A stretch of 64,000 nt of DNA from an uncultured virus (IMG/VR IMGVR_UViG_3300001525_000359) (Duplodnaviria; Heunggongvirae; Uroviricota; Caudoviricetes): IMG/VR virus record IMGVR_UViG_3300001525_000359. One strand, written 5' to 3'. Positions within the stretch are counted from its first letter, which is position 1; each line of letters opens with the position of its first letter. A program made the translations under genes and the position numbers. Positions 45,005-56,666 of the stretch are shown here, piece after piece. The notes under the pieces are model-generated. The model was not told where the DNA came from. It did not search any database and saw only the letters and a list, made by a program, of their open reading frames with translations.

Positions 45005-45415
45005 ATGGCAAAGAAGAGCAAGACAGGAAAAAGCTTGTATGAGCGCTTCATCAACTATGTTGACAGCTTGAACATGCTGCAGTATGTCAGGACAGAGACG
45101 TACGTCTCAAATGGGAAGAAGCTGTATGCACGATCTGCAGCGATTCGCCCATATGACATGATGAAGTACAGCTATGACATTGCAAATGAAGCGTTCAGCA
45201 ATGTTGCAGAGAATGCAAAACGGACAGCGTTCATTGCAACAGTGCAAGATGAGCATGGAGCTAAGGATGTGAGCAAGCTCGATGGCATGTTCATGAAGAG
45301 AGTGGTGAAGTATATGAAAGATGTAAGTGATGAAGACATTACACCATCTTTTGTCAAGATCAAAGCTGAGTCAGTGGATGAGCTTGACTTGAAGTTGACA
45401 TTAGCCGGATTTTAA
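45005..45415 (+). CDS. hypothetical protein with C-terminal SVDELDLKLTLAGF motif
   Basis: GGAGG RBS; C-terminal motif like family B. Confidence 0.6.
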   Translation: MAKKSKTGKSLYERFINYVDSLNMLQYVRTETYVSNGKKLYARSAAIRPYDMMKYSYDIANEAFSNVAENAKRTAFIATVQDEHGAKDVSKLDGMFMKRVVKYMKDVSDEDITPSFVKIKAESVDELDLKLTLAGF

Positions 45416-45422
45416 GAGGCAT

Positions 45423-45733
45423 ATGCATTTGCGTGACTTAAGACATGCACCACATTTGTCTACGTGGACATTCAGGTCCGCTGGAGCACATGGATGGCTT
45501 AAAGAGTTTGCAAATGATGATGTTGTCTACGTCTACATTGGTAATGCATACTGTGACAATGTAGACATATTTCATGGCATAACGGTTAGTTGTGTGATAT
45601 GATGTGTCATTTCTTAACAAGATCAGCATTCAAGACATTTAATGGTGGAGTGATGCTGTTAGTTGCTGGCAAGTATGCAGATGCAGTCGACTCAAATGAT
45701 ATGCATGCAGTGACATGTGCATGTGTCGTGTAA
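45423..45733 (+). CDS. two WxLRS mini-genes (45423-45602, 45599-45733)
   Basis: WTFRS...GITVSCVI* and FLTRS...VTCACVV*. Confidence 0.65.
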
Positions 45734-46602
45734 TTAAGCTCATATGGCATATGACACAGAGACATTGAAAGCACTTCATCCTCTTACGGATGCAGGCAAA
45801 GCTGCATATGAGAAGATGCTGCAAGACAAAGCAGATGAGATCTTGTTCAAAGACGAGCATCCGTTCAAGTATGTCTTTGACTTCATTGCAAAGGAAGCAT
45901 TGTCATTTGCTAGCATTTTGAAGATGCGGATCATGAAGCACTTCAAAGTTTAAATCAACACTTCTTTTGATATATAATTCAATTATGAAATTCATTATTC
46001 ATGAGACTGATGGATGTGCATGGGCATATGTCAATGATATGTTCATCTTCGGGAAGAGTGTCGAAGAGATCTCTGACACATTTGACATGTATGCTGCTGG
46101 ATGTGGCTATGAAGTAGTCACTGATCCGCTTTCGCCATTGATGAGTGCAGATGAGTTCTTCTCATGAGTGAGAAAGCTGAAGACAACAAGAAGCAAGAAG
46201 AAGTCGTGAAGAAAGATGATGCAAGCTTGTTTGCATCATTCACTTCGTTCATTCTTGTAGTTGTGCGAATTGCAGTTGAGATCAACATTGTCTTGCTGAG
46301 CTGTAAGCTATGTGGTGTTGTTGGTGCAATTCTTGCATGTCTAGCAATTTCAGTTGGCAAAAATGCATACACAAATTCAAAAATCCCTGACTCAGACATC
46401 TTGGCATCAATAGATGCTAAAGAGTATGATAGAAAAGTAGCTGAAATTACACCAGATATCGTCATGATGCTTCTGGTAGTGATGGTAGTTTTTAGAATGG
46501 TAGTTATCTCTGTTTCATAAGAGTGTCTAGAATGTATCTAGCATCATCTGATGCAACTAATTAAATGTTTCCAGAAATTGGAAATTTTGATAGAATTTAA
46601 TC

Positions 46603-47790
46603 ATGATGACAAACGGCAAAGAGCTTGAGTTGCAGAAGTTCATTTCTGCACATCCTGAGAACTGGGAGCAGCTTCTTCAAGAGAAGCCATATTGCTTCAC
46701 GGTTTCTCATGATGTCATGTTTGGACGTAAGCTTGTCATGTTCAAGTACAGTCAGATCGACACTGACTGGAATGCTGGCTACATTACGCATGAAGCGCGT
46801 GGCATCATCTTGGATGAAGACACTTTCGAAGTTGTGTCTTATGCATTTGACAAGTTCTTCAATGCAGGCGAATCTCATGCTGCAATGCTTGATGCTGCAT
46901 CAATGATCACATCAGACAAGATTGATGGGTCTATCATAAAGATTGTTCGTCTTGGAAATGACTTGATCATCTCTACAAACGGGACAATTGATGCATTCAA
47001 AGCGCCAGTTGCTGAGCAGATTGGATGCCCATACAAGTCATTTGGTGACATTGTGAAGAGCATTCTTGACAAGAAAGCTGAGACGCTTGGTCTCAATAGA
47101 GAGATGTTCAAAGAAGGCTACACATATGTGTTTGAGCTTGTTTCGCCGTGGACGCGTGTTGTGACGCCATATCATGATGACAACTTGTACTTGATTGGAT
47201 GTCGTGACAACAAGACATTCCAAGAGATCTTCTTTGGCGATGTCAGCATTGCAAAGTACTTTGACATGCCTAAGGTGCATTCATTCAAGTCAATTGATGA
47301 ATGCTTGAAGAATGCGTCTTCACTTGACTGGACAGATGAAGGCTATGTCATCATGGACAAGCATTTCAACAGGGTGAAGTGCAAGAACGCGTCTTGGCTT
47401 GCTGTTCATCATCTTTGCTCAAATCATGTCATGTCATATGCTCGGGCGATCGAGATTGTCAGAGCAAATGAGATCGATGAGGTTGTCGGGTACTTTCCAG
47501 AGTTTGCTGATGCATTGCAAGATGTCAAGACGAGATTCTGGAATGCAGTTGCGCAAGCTAAAGCAGATGTCGATGCTTTGAATGCGTTCATTAAAGAGAA
47601 TGGCTGGACAGATGAAGATGTCATGTCGTCTGGATCTCAACGCAAAGACATTGCACTTTGGGTGCAGAAGCATTTCATGTTGCCTGGTTTGGCGTTTGGG
47701 TTGCTTGACAAGAAAGTGCAAGATGTCGAGAAGTTCTTCATGGACATTCCGACAGTGAAGCTTGTGAAGATGTTGGGCTTTAAGGAGTGA
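46603..47790 (+). CDS. T4 Rnl1-like RNA ligase
   Basis: EARGIIL, FDKFFN, motif I KIDGS, FELVSP..R.V, EGYV, RVKCK. Confidence 0.88.
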   Translation: MMTNGKELELQKFISAHPENWEQLLQEKPYCFTVSHDVMFGRKLVMFKYSQIDTDWNAGYITHEARGIILDEDTFEVVSYAFDKFFNAGESHAAMLDAASMITSDKIDGSIIKIVRLGNDLIISTNGTIDAFKAPVAEQIGCPYKSFGDIVKSILDKKAETLGLNREMFKEGYTYVFELVSPWTRVVTPYHDDNLYLIGCRDNKTFQEIFFGDVSIAKYFDMPKVHSFKSIDECLKNASSLDWTDEGYVIMDKHFNRVKCKNASWLAVHHLCSNHVMSYARAIEIVRANEIDEVVGYFPEFADALQDVKTRFWNAVAQAKADVDALNAFIKENGWTDEDVMSSGSQRKDIALWVQKHFMLPGLAFGLLDKKVQDVEKFFMDIPTVKLVKMLGFKE

Positions 47791-48705
47791 AATTGATATG
47801 CAAAGTATATATGCGTTCTTTGGTGTTAGTCCGGACATGTTCTGGATAGGTGTTACATTTGGCATATTGCTCATTGTTCCATTGCTTTGTTTTGGAATGA
47901 TACCTATTCAATACGAAGATGACAACGACAATGAGCATAGTGACTTGCTAATTGTGTATCTTATGCATAAGCTGTCTGGTTTCATTCTCTCAAAGAGAAT
48001 GCTGATTGCATGTTTAGTGTTGTTCATTGCATATCAAGTAAATGCAACGTTGTCAGCTTATCGTGCAGCATACAATGCAAAGGTTGCTGCATTTGAGAAG
48101 ATTGGCAAGTGAGTGATGAGTGTCCAGCAAAGCAAAGTCCGGTATGCAAAGTTCCAGAAGATGTGGGATAGTTTCCAGTCATCTGGCAACTTTGTGCTGG
48201 ATGATGTGCAAATGCAAGACATGTATGCATTGCGTTGTGTGATGTGGAGCTTTGACATTTCACTGTTTAGTATGGCGGAGCGAAACTATCTTGACACAAG
48301 ATGGCCAATGATAGGTAATGTCATGATGTCTGGATCAGCTGAAGAGCTTGTCATGAAGTGTGAAGTGAGCAAGCTTGGAAGCGCATACACGGCAGTTGAC
48401 TATCTTGCTGTCATCACCGGCTTGCTGATGGAGTTCACCGAGTCAAGCATGGATGTCTGCATTGCGCTTGTAGACAGCAGAGATGAGCTAGATAGTTTCT
48501 TCAAGTCAGCAAAATGCACAAAAGCGTTGCTGAAGATCGCATTTGCACGACATGGAATGCAAATGAGATGCAAGAAGAATGCATTCAAGCTCATTGCACA
48601 CATCTTGAAGAAGTTCCCTAGCTTGAAGACACAAAGGCATATGCTTTCAAAGAGAAACAATGTCTTGAGATGCAAGTTCACTGATGAGATGATAGAGAAG
48701 TGCTT

Positions 48706-49083
48706 ATGAAAGTAGTTTAGTTCAATGACAACAGGTTTGCAATTGCAGATGATGCTGGAAAAGTTGTAGATGATGCTCAAGGTTACGGCTACACTTCAAA
48801 GCAGAAAGCTGCAAAGGCGATGTGGTGGAAGTTCAAAGGCGGCAAAAGCGCCGGCAATGAGAACGTCACTTGGTGGAAGAAGCATAGAGATCTGTATGAT
48901 CGTGTGACTGAGTTCATTGAGATCAACTTCAAAGAGATCTATAGAGGTGAGTTGACTGAAGATGACGTGTTTGGCTACTGTGAAAAGATCGCAAAAGAAG
49001 AGCTGAACACTGAATTTCCGAAGAAGATGTTCAAGTTCATGCTCTCAAAGAGTGGTGGAAAGATGCTTAGAAAGTCAATGTGA
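48706..49083 (+). CDS. phage hypothetical protein, 1 in-frame TAG
   Basis: MKVV[TAG]FNDNRFAIADDAGKVVDDAQGYGY joins ORF 48820; ATG overlaps the previous stop. Confidence 0.65.
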
Positions 49084-49750
49084 CATATTTGTTTAAACAT
49101 TTTTAGACATTTGATACAATATATTTGAGATGGAACTAAAAGAAGTTGTCAACTTAAGGAAGCTGCGAGAGCATTATGAAAGCACATCATCTGATGAGCT
49201 TTGCGCAACATGCCCGTTCAGAGATGTCTGCTTGACACATGACAGCAAGATATCATGCATTCTTGTGAAGATGCTTGGTGTAGATGTGTCTAGCAAAGAC
49301 ATGTACGAGATGGAAGAAGATGGCGATATCGATGATGACTTTACGTTTCGGTTCTACGAATGTGACTATTAAAAGGGAAGAAGGTAAGCAATGAACATCT
49401 ATGAAGTGCGTTTTGCAGTGAATAAAGATAATACAATGTTAGTTGTCAAGCAGTATGGACGTTCGTCTGATGAGATCAGTTCTTGGTGGACAAAGTACTT
49501 CTCAAAAGGCCGAGAGCATGATGACTACACTTTCATTGACTGTATGCTTCTTGAAGCCAACGTGCATTCGCCATATGGAGATTAAGTATGGGTGACTGGA
49601 GCTTTGATAATCCGCCAGAGTGTCTTCCAGAAGAGATGGATCCATTTTATGAAGAAGATGTTTCAGCAGAAAATGACAGAGAAGATGCATTTGTCATGAA
49701 AGATGGCTGCATTCAACAGTTTCATTATGGATAACAAGAAGATTTAAGAC

Positions 49751-50668
49751 ATGAAGAAGTTCATTAAGCTTGTGATGTTCAGTAAGTCAGTTTCAGCTGA
49801 CTTGTCTGATGCTGTGTTGAAATCTTGCCGCAATGACATCCAACAAGTCATTTCGTATCATTCATATTCAGATGATGAAGCACTTGAGTTCTCTCAGTAC
49901 ATGTCAAGCTTGAAATGCTATGACACGAATGACATCACTTTCAACATGACTGACTATGCCATTGTGACAGATGACAGAGAGAAGTTCACGTCGCGGTTTG
50001 TCCCAAACAATGTTGTCAGCATCAGCAGGAAAAGTGCGGAAGAAGTCATCAATGATGTGAAGTGGGTGCTTTCTGGATTTGACAAGACAGCATGCAAGAA
50101 CAAAAACGATAGTATCTTCTTCTACAGTGATCCTCACTATGCTCACAAGAAGATCATCCAGTACTGCAACAGGCCATGGAACGACGGCAAGAACGAGTTT
50201 GGTGAACTAAATGTGACGGATGAGAATGTAGCTCAGATGAATGCTGAGCTGGTGAAGCGATACAATGAGGTTGTTGGAGAAAATGATGTTGTGTATTTTC
50301 TTGGTGATGTTTCTTTTGGCAAGAAAGAGAATGTGAAAGAGTTCATCTCTCAGCTGAATGGCAAGAAGCTTCTGGTGAAGGGAAATCACGATCATCATAA
50401 GAACATGGTGTATGTCGATGCAGGGTTCTCTTGGGTGTATGACAGGCCAGTCATCATCAAAGACTTCATCATCTTGTCACATGCGCCACTTCAGTTCTTG
50501 AACAGCAATTGCCCGTTCTACAACATATTCGGGCATGTGCATGACTCAGAGATGTACCCAACGTGGACAAGATGCAGCTGCTGTGCATGTGTCGAGCGGC
50601 ACGACTACAAGCCAGTGTCATTTGATGCGATCATGAAGAAGTACAATGAGCTGAATGGCAATGAGTAG
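49751..50668 (+). CDS. calcineurin-like metallophosphoesterase
   Basis: SDPHYAH, LGD, GNHD, LSH, GHVH. Confidence 0.9.
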   Translation: MKKFIKLVMFSKSVSADLSDAVLKSCRNDIQQVISYHSYSDDEALEFSQYMSSLKCYDTNDITFNMTDYAIVTDDREKFTSRFVPNNVVSISRKSAEEVINDVKWVLSGFDKTACKNKNDSIFFYSDPHYAHKKIIQYCNRPWNDGKNEFGELNVTDENVAQMNAELVKRYNEVVGENDVVYFLGDVSFGKKENVKEFISQLNGKKLLVKGNHDHHKNMVYVDAGFSWVYDRPVIIKDFIILSHAPLQFLNSNCPFYNIFGHVHDSEMYPTWTRCSCCACVERHDYKPVSFDAIMKKYNELNGNE

Positions 50669-50975
50669 ATGTGAGATATGCGGCATTGAGTGTGACAGCT
50701 TGCAAGTGCATCATCTGATACCTCAGCAAGTTTCTCGGTCATCGAAGTACTCAAAGAAGCTGAAGAATGACGAGAACAACTTCTTGATGGTGTGCAATGC
50801 ATGTCATTCACAGATTCATGCGCTGTTCACTAATCAGCAGCTACGAGACATGTTCAGCTCGAAAGACGAGCTTCTTGCAGATGAGAAGTTTGCTGCATAT
50901 GTGAAGTGGCGGAAGAAGCATCCTGAGTTTGAAGGCTCGTCAAAGATGAGCAACAGCAAGAAGAGAAAGCGATGA
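50655..50975 (+). CDS. HNH-domain protein
   Basis: CEICG...HHLIP...CNACHSQIH. Confidence 0.8.
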   Translation: MAMSRCEICGIECDSLQVHHLIPQQVSRSSKYSKKLKNDENNFLMVCNACHSQIHALFTNQQLRDMFSSKDELLADEKFAAYVKWRKKHPEFEGSSKMSNSKKRKR

Positions 50976-51573
50976 AGTTGGCTACAGTTGAAGAAGTGAA
51001 AGAAGACATTGGCTATCACAGCATTGACATTTCAAAATGCTGTGAGAAGTGTGCATTCTATGACAGGCCATTCCAGCTGTATGGCAACAACATGTGCGGC
51101 AGATGCAAGTATCTAAATGCATCGGCACGCATTGATGATATCGGTTCAGCTACATATGATGAAGTGAATTGTCATGCAATATGCAAGCATTTCATATCGC
51201 CAGAGCAAATGATGCAGTTCAAGCAATGTAAGTCAAATGAAGAGCTGATCTTGACACTTGACATGCTTTGCTCAGCCGACATTGATAAGCTTCTGTTGCA
51301 AGAGATCAAAGACGGCATAGGTGATGGTCGGAAAGTGACAATGAGCATGATGTCATTTGCTGACAGCATTGAGAAGACATTGATGTTTGAGACACATAGC
51401 AATGCAAAAGTCACAAGACGTCCACTGATGGTGAAGATGGACAATGTGATGGACAATGGTATGATAACGTTCGTCGACAAGTCAGACAGCTTTGCACGAG
51501 TGTATGACTACATAAGTGCAAATGAGCAGTTTGTGAGAAGACGGTCAAAGATGTGGAAAGATGTGATGATGTG

Positions 51574-52419
51574 ATGAAGAAGCCTGGATTCGAGAAGAAC
51601 ACTTCATTGGCTGAGAGAATGAAGTCATATGAAGCAGTTAATGACTACTCTCTCATTCCGAGGATTCCAGTATATGTACGTCTTGATGGACGTGCATTTC
51701 ATACTTTTTGCAGGACATTTAAGAGGCCATTCGACGATGACTTCTTCAAGACAATGAAGCGAGTCACTGCATACCTGCATGATGAGACAAATGCATTGCT
51801 GTCATACTGCCAGTCAGATGAGATATCTTTGGTATATGAAATGCCTGAGAAGATGCCATTCGGGACACGGCTTTTCAAAGTGCAAAGTGTCTTAGCTGGC
51901 ATGTGCTCTGCTGCATTCGTCACGTTTGGGCTAGATGGCACAAGAGAAGAGTTCAAATGCAGAGTGAAGAAGTTCATTCCACATTTTGACTGTCGTGTCT
52001 GTTAGATGAGCTTAGATGAGACTGCTAACATGCTGCTGTGGCGTGAGCAAGACAGCATCAAGAACTCGATCACTTTGCTTGCACTCTCGTATTTCTCTAA
52101 CAAAGAGATATATAAGAAGAATAGCGTGAACAAGATCAAGATGCTGAAAGAGCTTAAGAATGTTGACTACTATGAAGTGCTTCCAGAAGAGCTTAGGAAT
52201 GGTGCATACTTCAGAAGAGAGGTGTATGACAAAGTCCTGGCAGATGAAGAGCTTGCAAAGATTCCTGCTAAGCAGTTTGCTTACATGAAGAAGAACAATG
52301 ACGGGAAGTTCTACGTGATACGCTCTCATGTTGTGCAGTTCAGCATTGGAATGCCATTAGGTGAAGTCGTAAATAAAGTTGAAGTTCTATATCAAAATAA
52401 GTTGCCAATTAGGAAATGA
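51574..52419 (+). CDS. thg1: tRNA-His guanylyltransferase Thg1-like protein, one in-frame TAG
   Basis: RMKSYE, VRLDGRAFHTF, QSDEISL, FDCRVC[TAG]M..., WREQD..KNSI. Confidence 0.9.
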
Positions 52420-53492
52420 CAATGAATCAGCAGTAGCCACAAGACATAACTGAATATTTGAAGTTCTTTTGCATATCAGATGTTCATGTAATGTATCCAT
52501 TTAAGTTGAACACGCCTGCTTAGCTTACGGAATGCATAAACAGAACGTCAAAAACAAAATCATATTTAAATGAAAATGAAGTTTGTGTATTTAATCCAAA
52601 TAGTTTAAACAACTATATTCGTCGAAATGACAACAATATAGTGTATTTAAGCGAAACAGAACGATAGACATGTGTTACATCTGTTTTTAAGTACAAATTA
52701 CAAGCATTTTACTTAAACAAGTTTAACTGGCTAAATAAGATAATCAAGAACGTTGATAAAAATCCAATTTATAAGATAACATAGTGTTGTCCATCGCAAG
52801 ATCCATACATATATGGTAATGTGACATTAGAATGTATAATTGTAGAACGTACAATGAGCATTAAGGACTTTGTAAATGCTATTTCACGTTTTGCAACTTT
52901 GCTTGGATATAATTATGTTGATCATGTAGTAAAAACCAAGACATTATAGCTTAATAGTGGAAAATTGTTTAATTTCAAATATCTTTATGTTTAGTTTGAA
53001 GCATCTTATGTTGATGGTGCAACTATTAAATCAGGAGATTTCATATATCATGTTGCACCATTGTCACTTGAAAATAAGATTTTGAAAAATGGATTAGTGT
53101 GCAATTGCAAATGCACTAAGAATATGGCATATCCACCACGAGTATATTGTTTTGTTGATAATGATAGGTTTCTTCAAAAGTGGTTTATGGCTAACAATGA
53201 TAAGCATAGTAAAAAGTTTATCAAAAATGATGACTTATTTGATGAATTCAAGAACTGGTATGAATTAATGCGATTAAAGCAGAATGGGCATATATTTGAC
53301 ACAAATGAATATGTGGTGTTTGAGATAGACACATCAAAAATAAAAGACATAAAGTTCTATTGTGACAACTTGTTTTTCACAAATGGGAAGTTTTAGGCCA
53401 TCTATTCATATTAGAACATTCCGCCATCATGCATAAAGAAAGCTGATGAATTTTGCTTAACACCAGATGATCTTGAAAGGTTACGGAAATGA
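52416..53492 (+). CDS. AT-rich protein with C-terminal ADP-ribosyltransferase/KptA-like domain, 8 in-frame TAG
   Basis: Open 358 codons if TAG is sense; IYHVAP...ILKNGL...YPPRVY...EID...NIPPSCI. Confidence 0.6.
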
Positions 53493-53786
53493 TACAATTT
53501 GTTAAAATCTACATATGAAAGCATATTTGACTAGTGGGATGTTTGGCAAGCCTGTTCTAGAGATTGGGCATGAGACAGATGATGTCAAGACTATGCTAGA
53601 GCAGATAATGTTCTGGAAAGATGCACAGAGACGTCATAAAGCATTCAAGATTGAAAGCTATGACAGGTACATTGACGGCAGTGATGTGCATAAGGGAGCA
53701 GTTGCAGTTGACTTTGGCGACTACTCATCGTTCATTGAGATCACTGGCATGACAGATGATCAGAAAGCAGTCATTTTTGGAGTCTA

Positions 53787-54386
53787 ATGAGAAGAGTTTT
53801 CATCATACGCAAAGATCTGCATCTTACGCCGGGCAAGCTTGCTGCAATGGTGTCGCATTGTGCTGAAGCGTACTGGACAAAGCAAATCATCAAGCATCTT
53901 AAGCAAGCGAAAGAAAGTAAAGCTCTTGAAGACAATGGCGCTGAGCTTTCATTCATGTTCTCTCTTAAAAAAGACATTTTTGACGAGTACATCTCAAAGA
54001 TCTTCACTAAGACGATCTGTGAATGCAAAAGCAAAGCTGACTTGAAGAAAGCTGTAGATGTCGCGAACTCTCTTGAGCTAGTTGAAGGTGAAGATTATGG
54101 CTACATCAATGACAGTTGCAAGACAGAGCTTATGCCAGAGAATGATGACGGCACATGCACAATTGGGCTGTGGTTTAGGCCACTTGAAGATGACATTGCG
54201 CATAAGATAAGCAAGAAGTTCAAGCTATATGGCGTCTTCGATGCACCAAGACGCAATTGCGATGTTTACACTGAGATAAATGAAGCAAGAAATGTCTTTG
54301 AGAAGAGCATTGACAGCTTGCGAATGCATTTCGATGAGTGGCTGTATGCGCCATTCAACTCAATTTCAAGCATTAAGGCAAAATGA
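53787..54386 (+). CDS. pth2: peptidyl-tRNA hydrolase type 2-like
   Basis: IIRKDLHLTPGKLAAMVSH...I.D...TEL...T.IG...P. Confidence 0.8.
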   Translation: MRRVFIIRKDLHLTPGKLAAMVSHCAEAYWTKQIIKHLKQAKESKALEDNGAELSFMFSLKKDIFDEYISKIFTKTICECKSKADLKKAVDVANSLELVEGEDYGYINDSCKTELMPENDDGTCTIGLWFRPLEDDIAHKISKKFKLYGVFDAPRRNCDVYTEINEARNVFEKSIDSLRMHFDEWLYAPFNSISSIKAK

Positions 54387-55609
54387 GCAGTTGCATGTTG
54401 AACAGCAATGCTGGAGTCAAGAGCATTGTCGAGAATCTTAAGTCATCTCGTGCATATGACAGCACTTTGATGCGTTTCACATTGAGCATGCTTGCACATG
54501 ACGATGAAGTAGAAGATCGTGCCATTAGCTTGAGCAATGACGTGTGGCATGTCTTGGAGCATAAGCAGTGGAAAGTCATCTACAATGAGAGCTTGACGTA
54601 TCATGAGTTCTACTCTTATGAAGATGGCTTCACTTTCAGGTTTGGCAAGAATGCTGAAGATGATCCTAAGTGGTGTCCGCTTGGAAACACAATTGCTGAC
54701 ATTGAGTGTGTAAGCGGAAAATGCCCGAAGATCAATGGGCATAACTGCAGGTTTTGCTACAAGTCAAATGGCGGTGATGTAGCACATTGCATGACGTGTG
54801 AAGATGCAAGCAAGCTTCTTGACATGATAAATGAGAATCATCAGCTTCAGCAAGTCGCTTGGGGCATCACTGGCTACTACACTAATCCAGAGTTTGGTGA
54901 CATATTGAGCATGTGCAAAGAGAAGCACATAACGCCGAATTACACAACGAATGGTGTAGACATTGATGATGCTGCAGTAGAGCATACGCTTGACACATGC
55001 GGTAGAGTTGCAGTGTCATGCTATGAAGGTGCAAAAGATCTTTGCTATGCTGCCATCAAGAAGTTTGGTGATGCTGCTGCAATGCAAGGAAAGAAGTTTC
55101 CATGCAATATTCATGTCGTCATCTCTAAATGCACGTTTTCACATGTCATGAGTGTCTTGCAAGATGCAAAAGAAAGCAAGATCGAGAATCTCGGTGCAAT
55201 AGTGATGCTTCGCATGAAGAATGTCGGCAGAGCAACTTCACTTGATCCACATATTCCAGATGAGATGTACGAGCAAGTCGTGAAGTTCTGTCTTGAGAAC
55301 AGCATCAAGTTCGGGTTTGACAGTTGTGGATGTCATAGAGTCAAAGATGTCTTGAAGAAGCTAGAACGTCTTGACTTGATCTCTTCTATTGAGCCATGTG
55401 AAAGCTCTAGGTTCTCTGGTTACTGGAATGTCAAAGGACAATATTATAATTGTTCATTTTGCGAACAACTTCATGAGCATCATCCAGTCGACATGAATGC
55501 ATACAAGGCGTTCACTGAGTTCTGGAATTCAAGTGAGCTGAATGCATTGCGTTTCCCTAAAGACGGCTGGAAATGCAAGTCATGCCCGTTCATGAATCTA
55601 GATCGGTAA
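54383..55609 (+). CDS. radical SAM protein with Cys-rich (SPASM-like) C-terminus
   Basis: CPKINGHNCRFCYK, NYTTNG, VAVS, FDSC, PCES, CSFC, CKSCP. Confidence 0.8.
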   Translation: MSSCMLNSNAGVKSIVENLKSSRAYDSTLMRFTLSMLAHDDEVEDRAISLSNDVWHVLEHKQWKVIYNESLTYHEFYSYEDGFTFRFGKNAEDDPKWCPLGNTIADIECVSGKCPKINGHNCRFCYKSNGGDVAHCMTCEDASKLLDMINENHQLQQVAWGITGYYTNPEFGDILSMCKEKHITPNYTTNGVDIDDAAVEHTLDTCGRVAVSCYEGAKDLCYAAIKKFGDAAAMQGKKFPCNIHVVISKCTFSHVMSVLQDAKESKIENLGAIVMLRMKNVGRATSLDPHIPDEMYEQVVKFCLENSIKFGFDSCGCHRVKDVLKKLERLDLISSIEPCESSRFSGYWNVKGQYYNCSFCEQLHEHHPVDMNAYKAFTEFWNSSELNALRFPKDGWKCKSCPFMNLDR

Positions 55610-55619
55610 GTAATAATTG

Positions 55620-56030
55620 GTGAAGCAACTCACATTTGAAGACAAGTTCTATGACTTATGCTAGCAGCATGGCATAAGGCTGTTTCTTCATGATCCAAAA
55701 GTTGAGAAAGACAATGGGTATGCATAGTACAATGAAGTGCATCTTGGAAACAAGTACAAGAACATCCACATCTACATGGCAGTTGCTTTTCATGAGTTCG
55801 GGCATGCAATAATCAACATAAAGCGTGAAAAAGGCGTGAAGCGCTACAATGTCAACAGCACATTCTTTGAAGAGTTCTGCGCATGGTACTGGGGATAGCG
55901 CTACTATGCAAAGATGTTCAGGAAGCCATTCACTAAGAGCATGGCTGACTTTATGTTGAAATGCCTGAAGACACATTCTACAACTCATTATGCATTCAAA
56001 GACATCTTTGGCGATGACATGCAGAAGTGA
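55620..56030 (+). CDS. HExxH metallopeptidase (ImmA/IrrE-like), 3 in-frame TAG
   Basis: VAFHEFGH...EEFCAW; only visible with TAG read-through. Confidence 0.65.
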
Positions 56031-56096
56031 TGATGAGTTTAAAATAATTTCATTTTAGTTTAAAATTCAAATACATAAGGAAATCAAAAGCAAGTA

Positions 56097-56666
56097 ATGC
56101 ATATTGACTACAAAGGCAGAGATCGTCATGATGATCGGCAGAAGAGAGATCGCAAACTGTTCAAGAACTATGAGATCTTCCAGGGAAAAGTGAGGCTCGT
56201 CGAAGACGGCAAGCCGCCAGTGGTGATTGAGCGAGATGAAGCAATTGAGATGGCTCGCTCTCGTGGAATGGATCTTGTCCAGATCGCTTACAACAAGAAT
56301 GACTTCCCTCATGCTGTCACGAAAATTCTTGACTACTCAAAGCATCTATATGATCAGAAGAAGCGAGAGAAGCTTGCAAAGAAGCAAGCTCGTGCTAATG
56401 AAGTCGATGTGAAAGAGATTTGCTTCAGCATCCGGATCGATGAAGGTGACATGAAGACGAAAGTAGATCACATCAGAGAGTTCCTTGGTTCTGGTGACAA
56501 AGTGAAAGTCATTGTCAAGCTTCTTCGTCGTGAGATGCATCTGAAGAATTTCGCAATGGACACTATGAAGACTGTCTTAAGCAAGATTGGTGACATTGCT
56601 GAGCTAGATGCTGCACCGAGTGCGACTGGCAACATGTTGACATGTGTAGTTAGAAAGAAGAAATGA
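56097..56666 (+). CDS. infC: translation initiation factor IF3
   Basis: VRLV, EA...A...GMDLV.I, KILDYSK..Y..KK, VKEI.F...ID.GD..TK....FL..GDKVKV. Confidence 0.92.
   Translation: MHIDYKGRDRHDDRQKRDRKLFKNYEIFQGKVRLVEDGKPPVVIERDEAIEMARSRGMDLVQIAYNKNDFPHAVTKILDYSKHLYDQKKREKLAKKQARANEVDVKEICFSIRIDEGDMKTKVDHIREFLGSGDKVKVIVKLLRREMHLKNFAMDTMKTVLSKIGDIAELDAAPSATGNMLTCVVRKKK

Noticed and set aside
43639..54386. Eukaryotic or archaeal origin suggested by Ste24-like, Thg1 and Pth2 genes
   Set aside because: SD sites, sigma70-type promoters, intrinsic terminators and bacterial IF3 indicate a bacteriophage; these families also occur in bacteria and large phages
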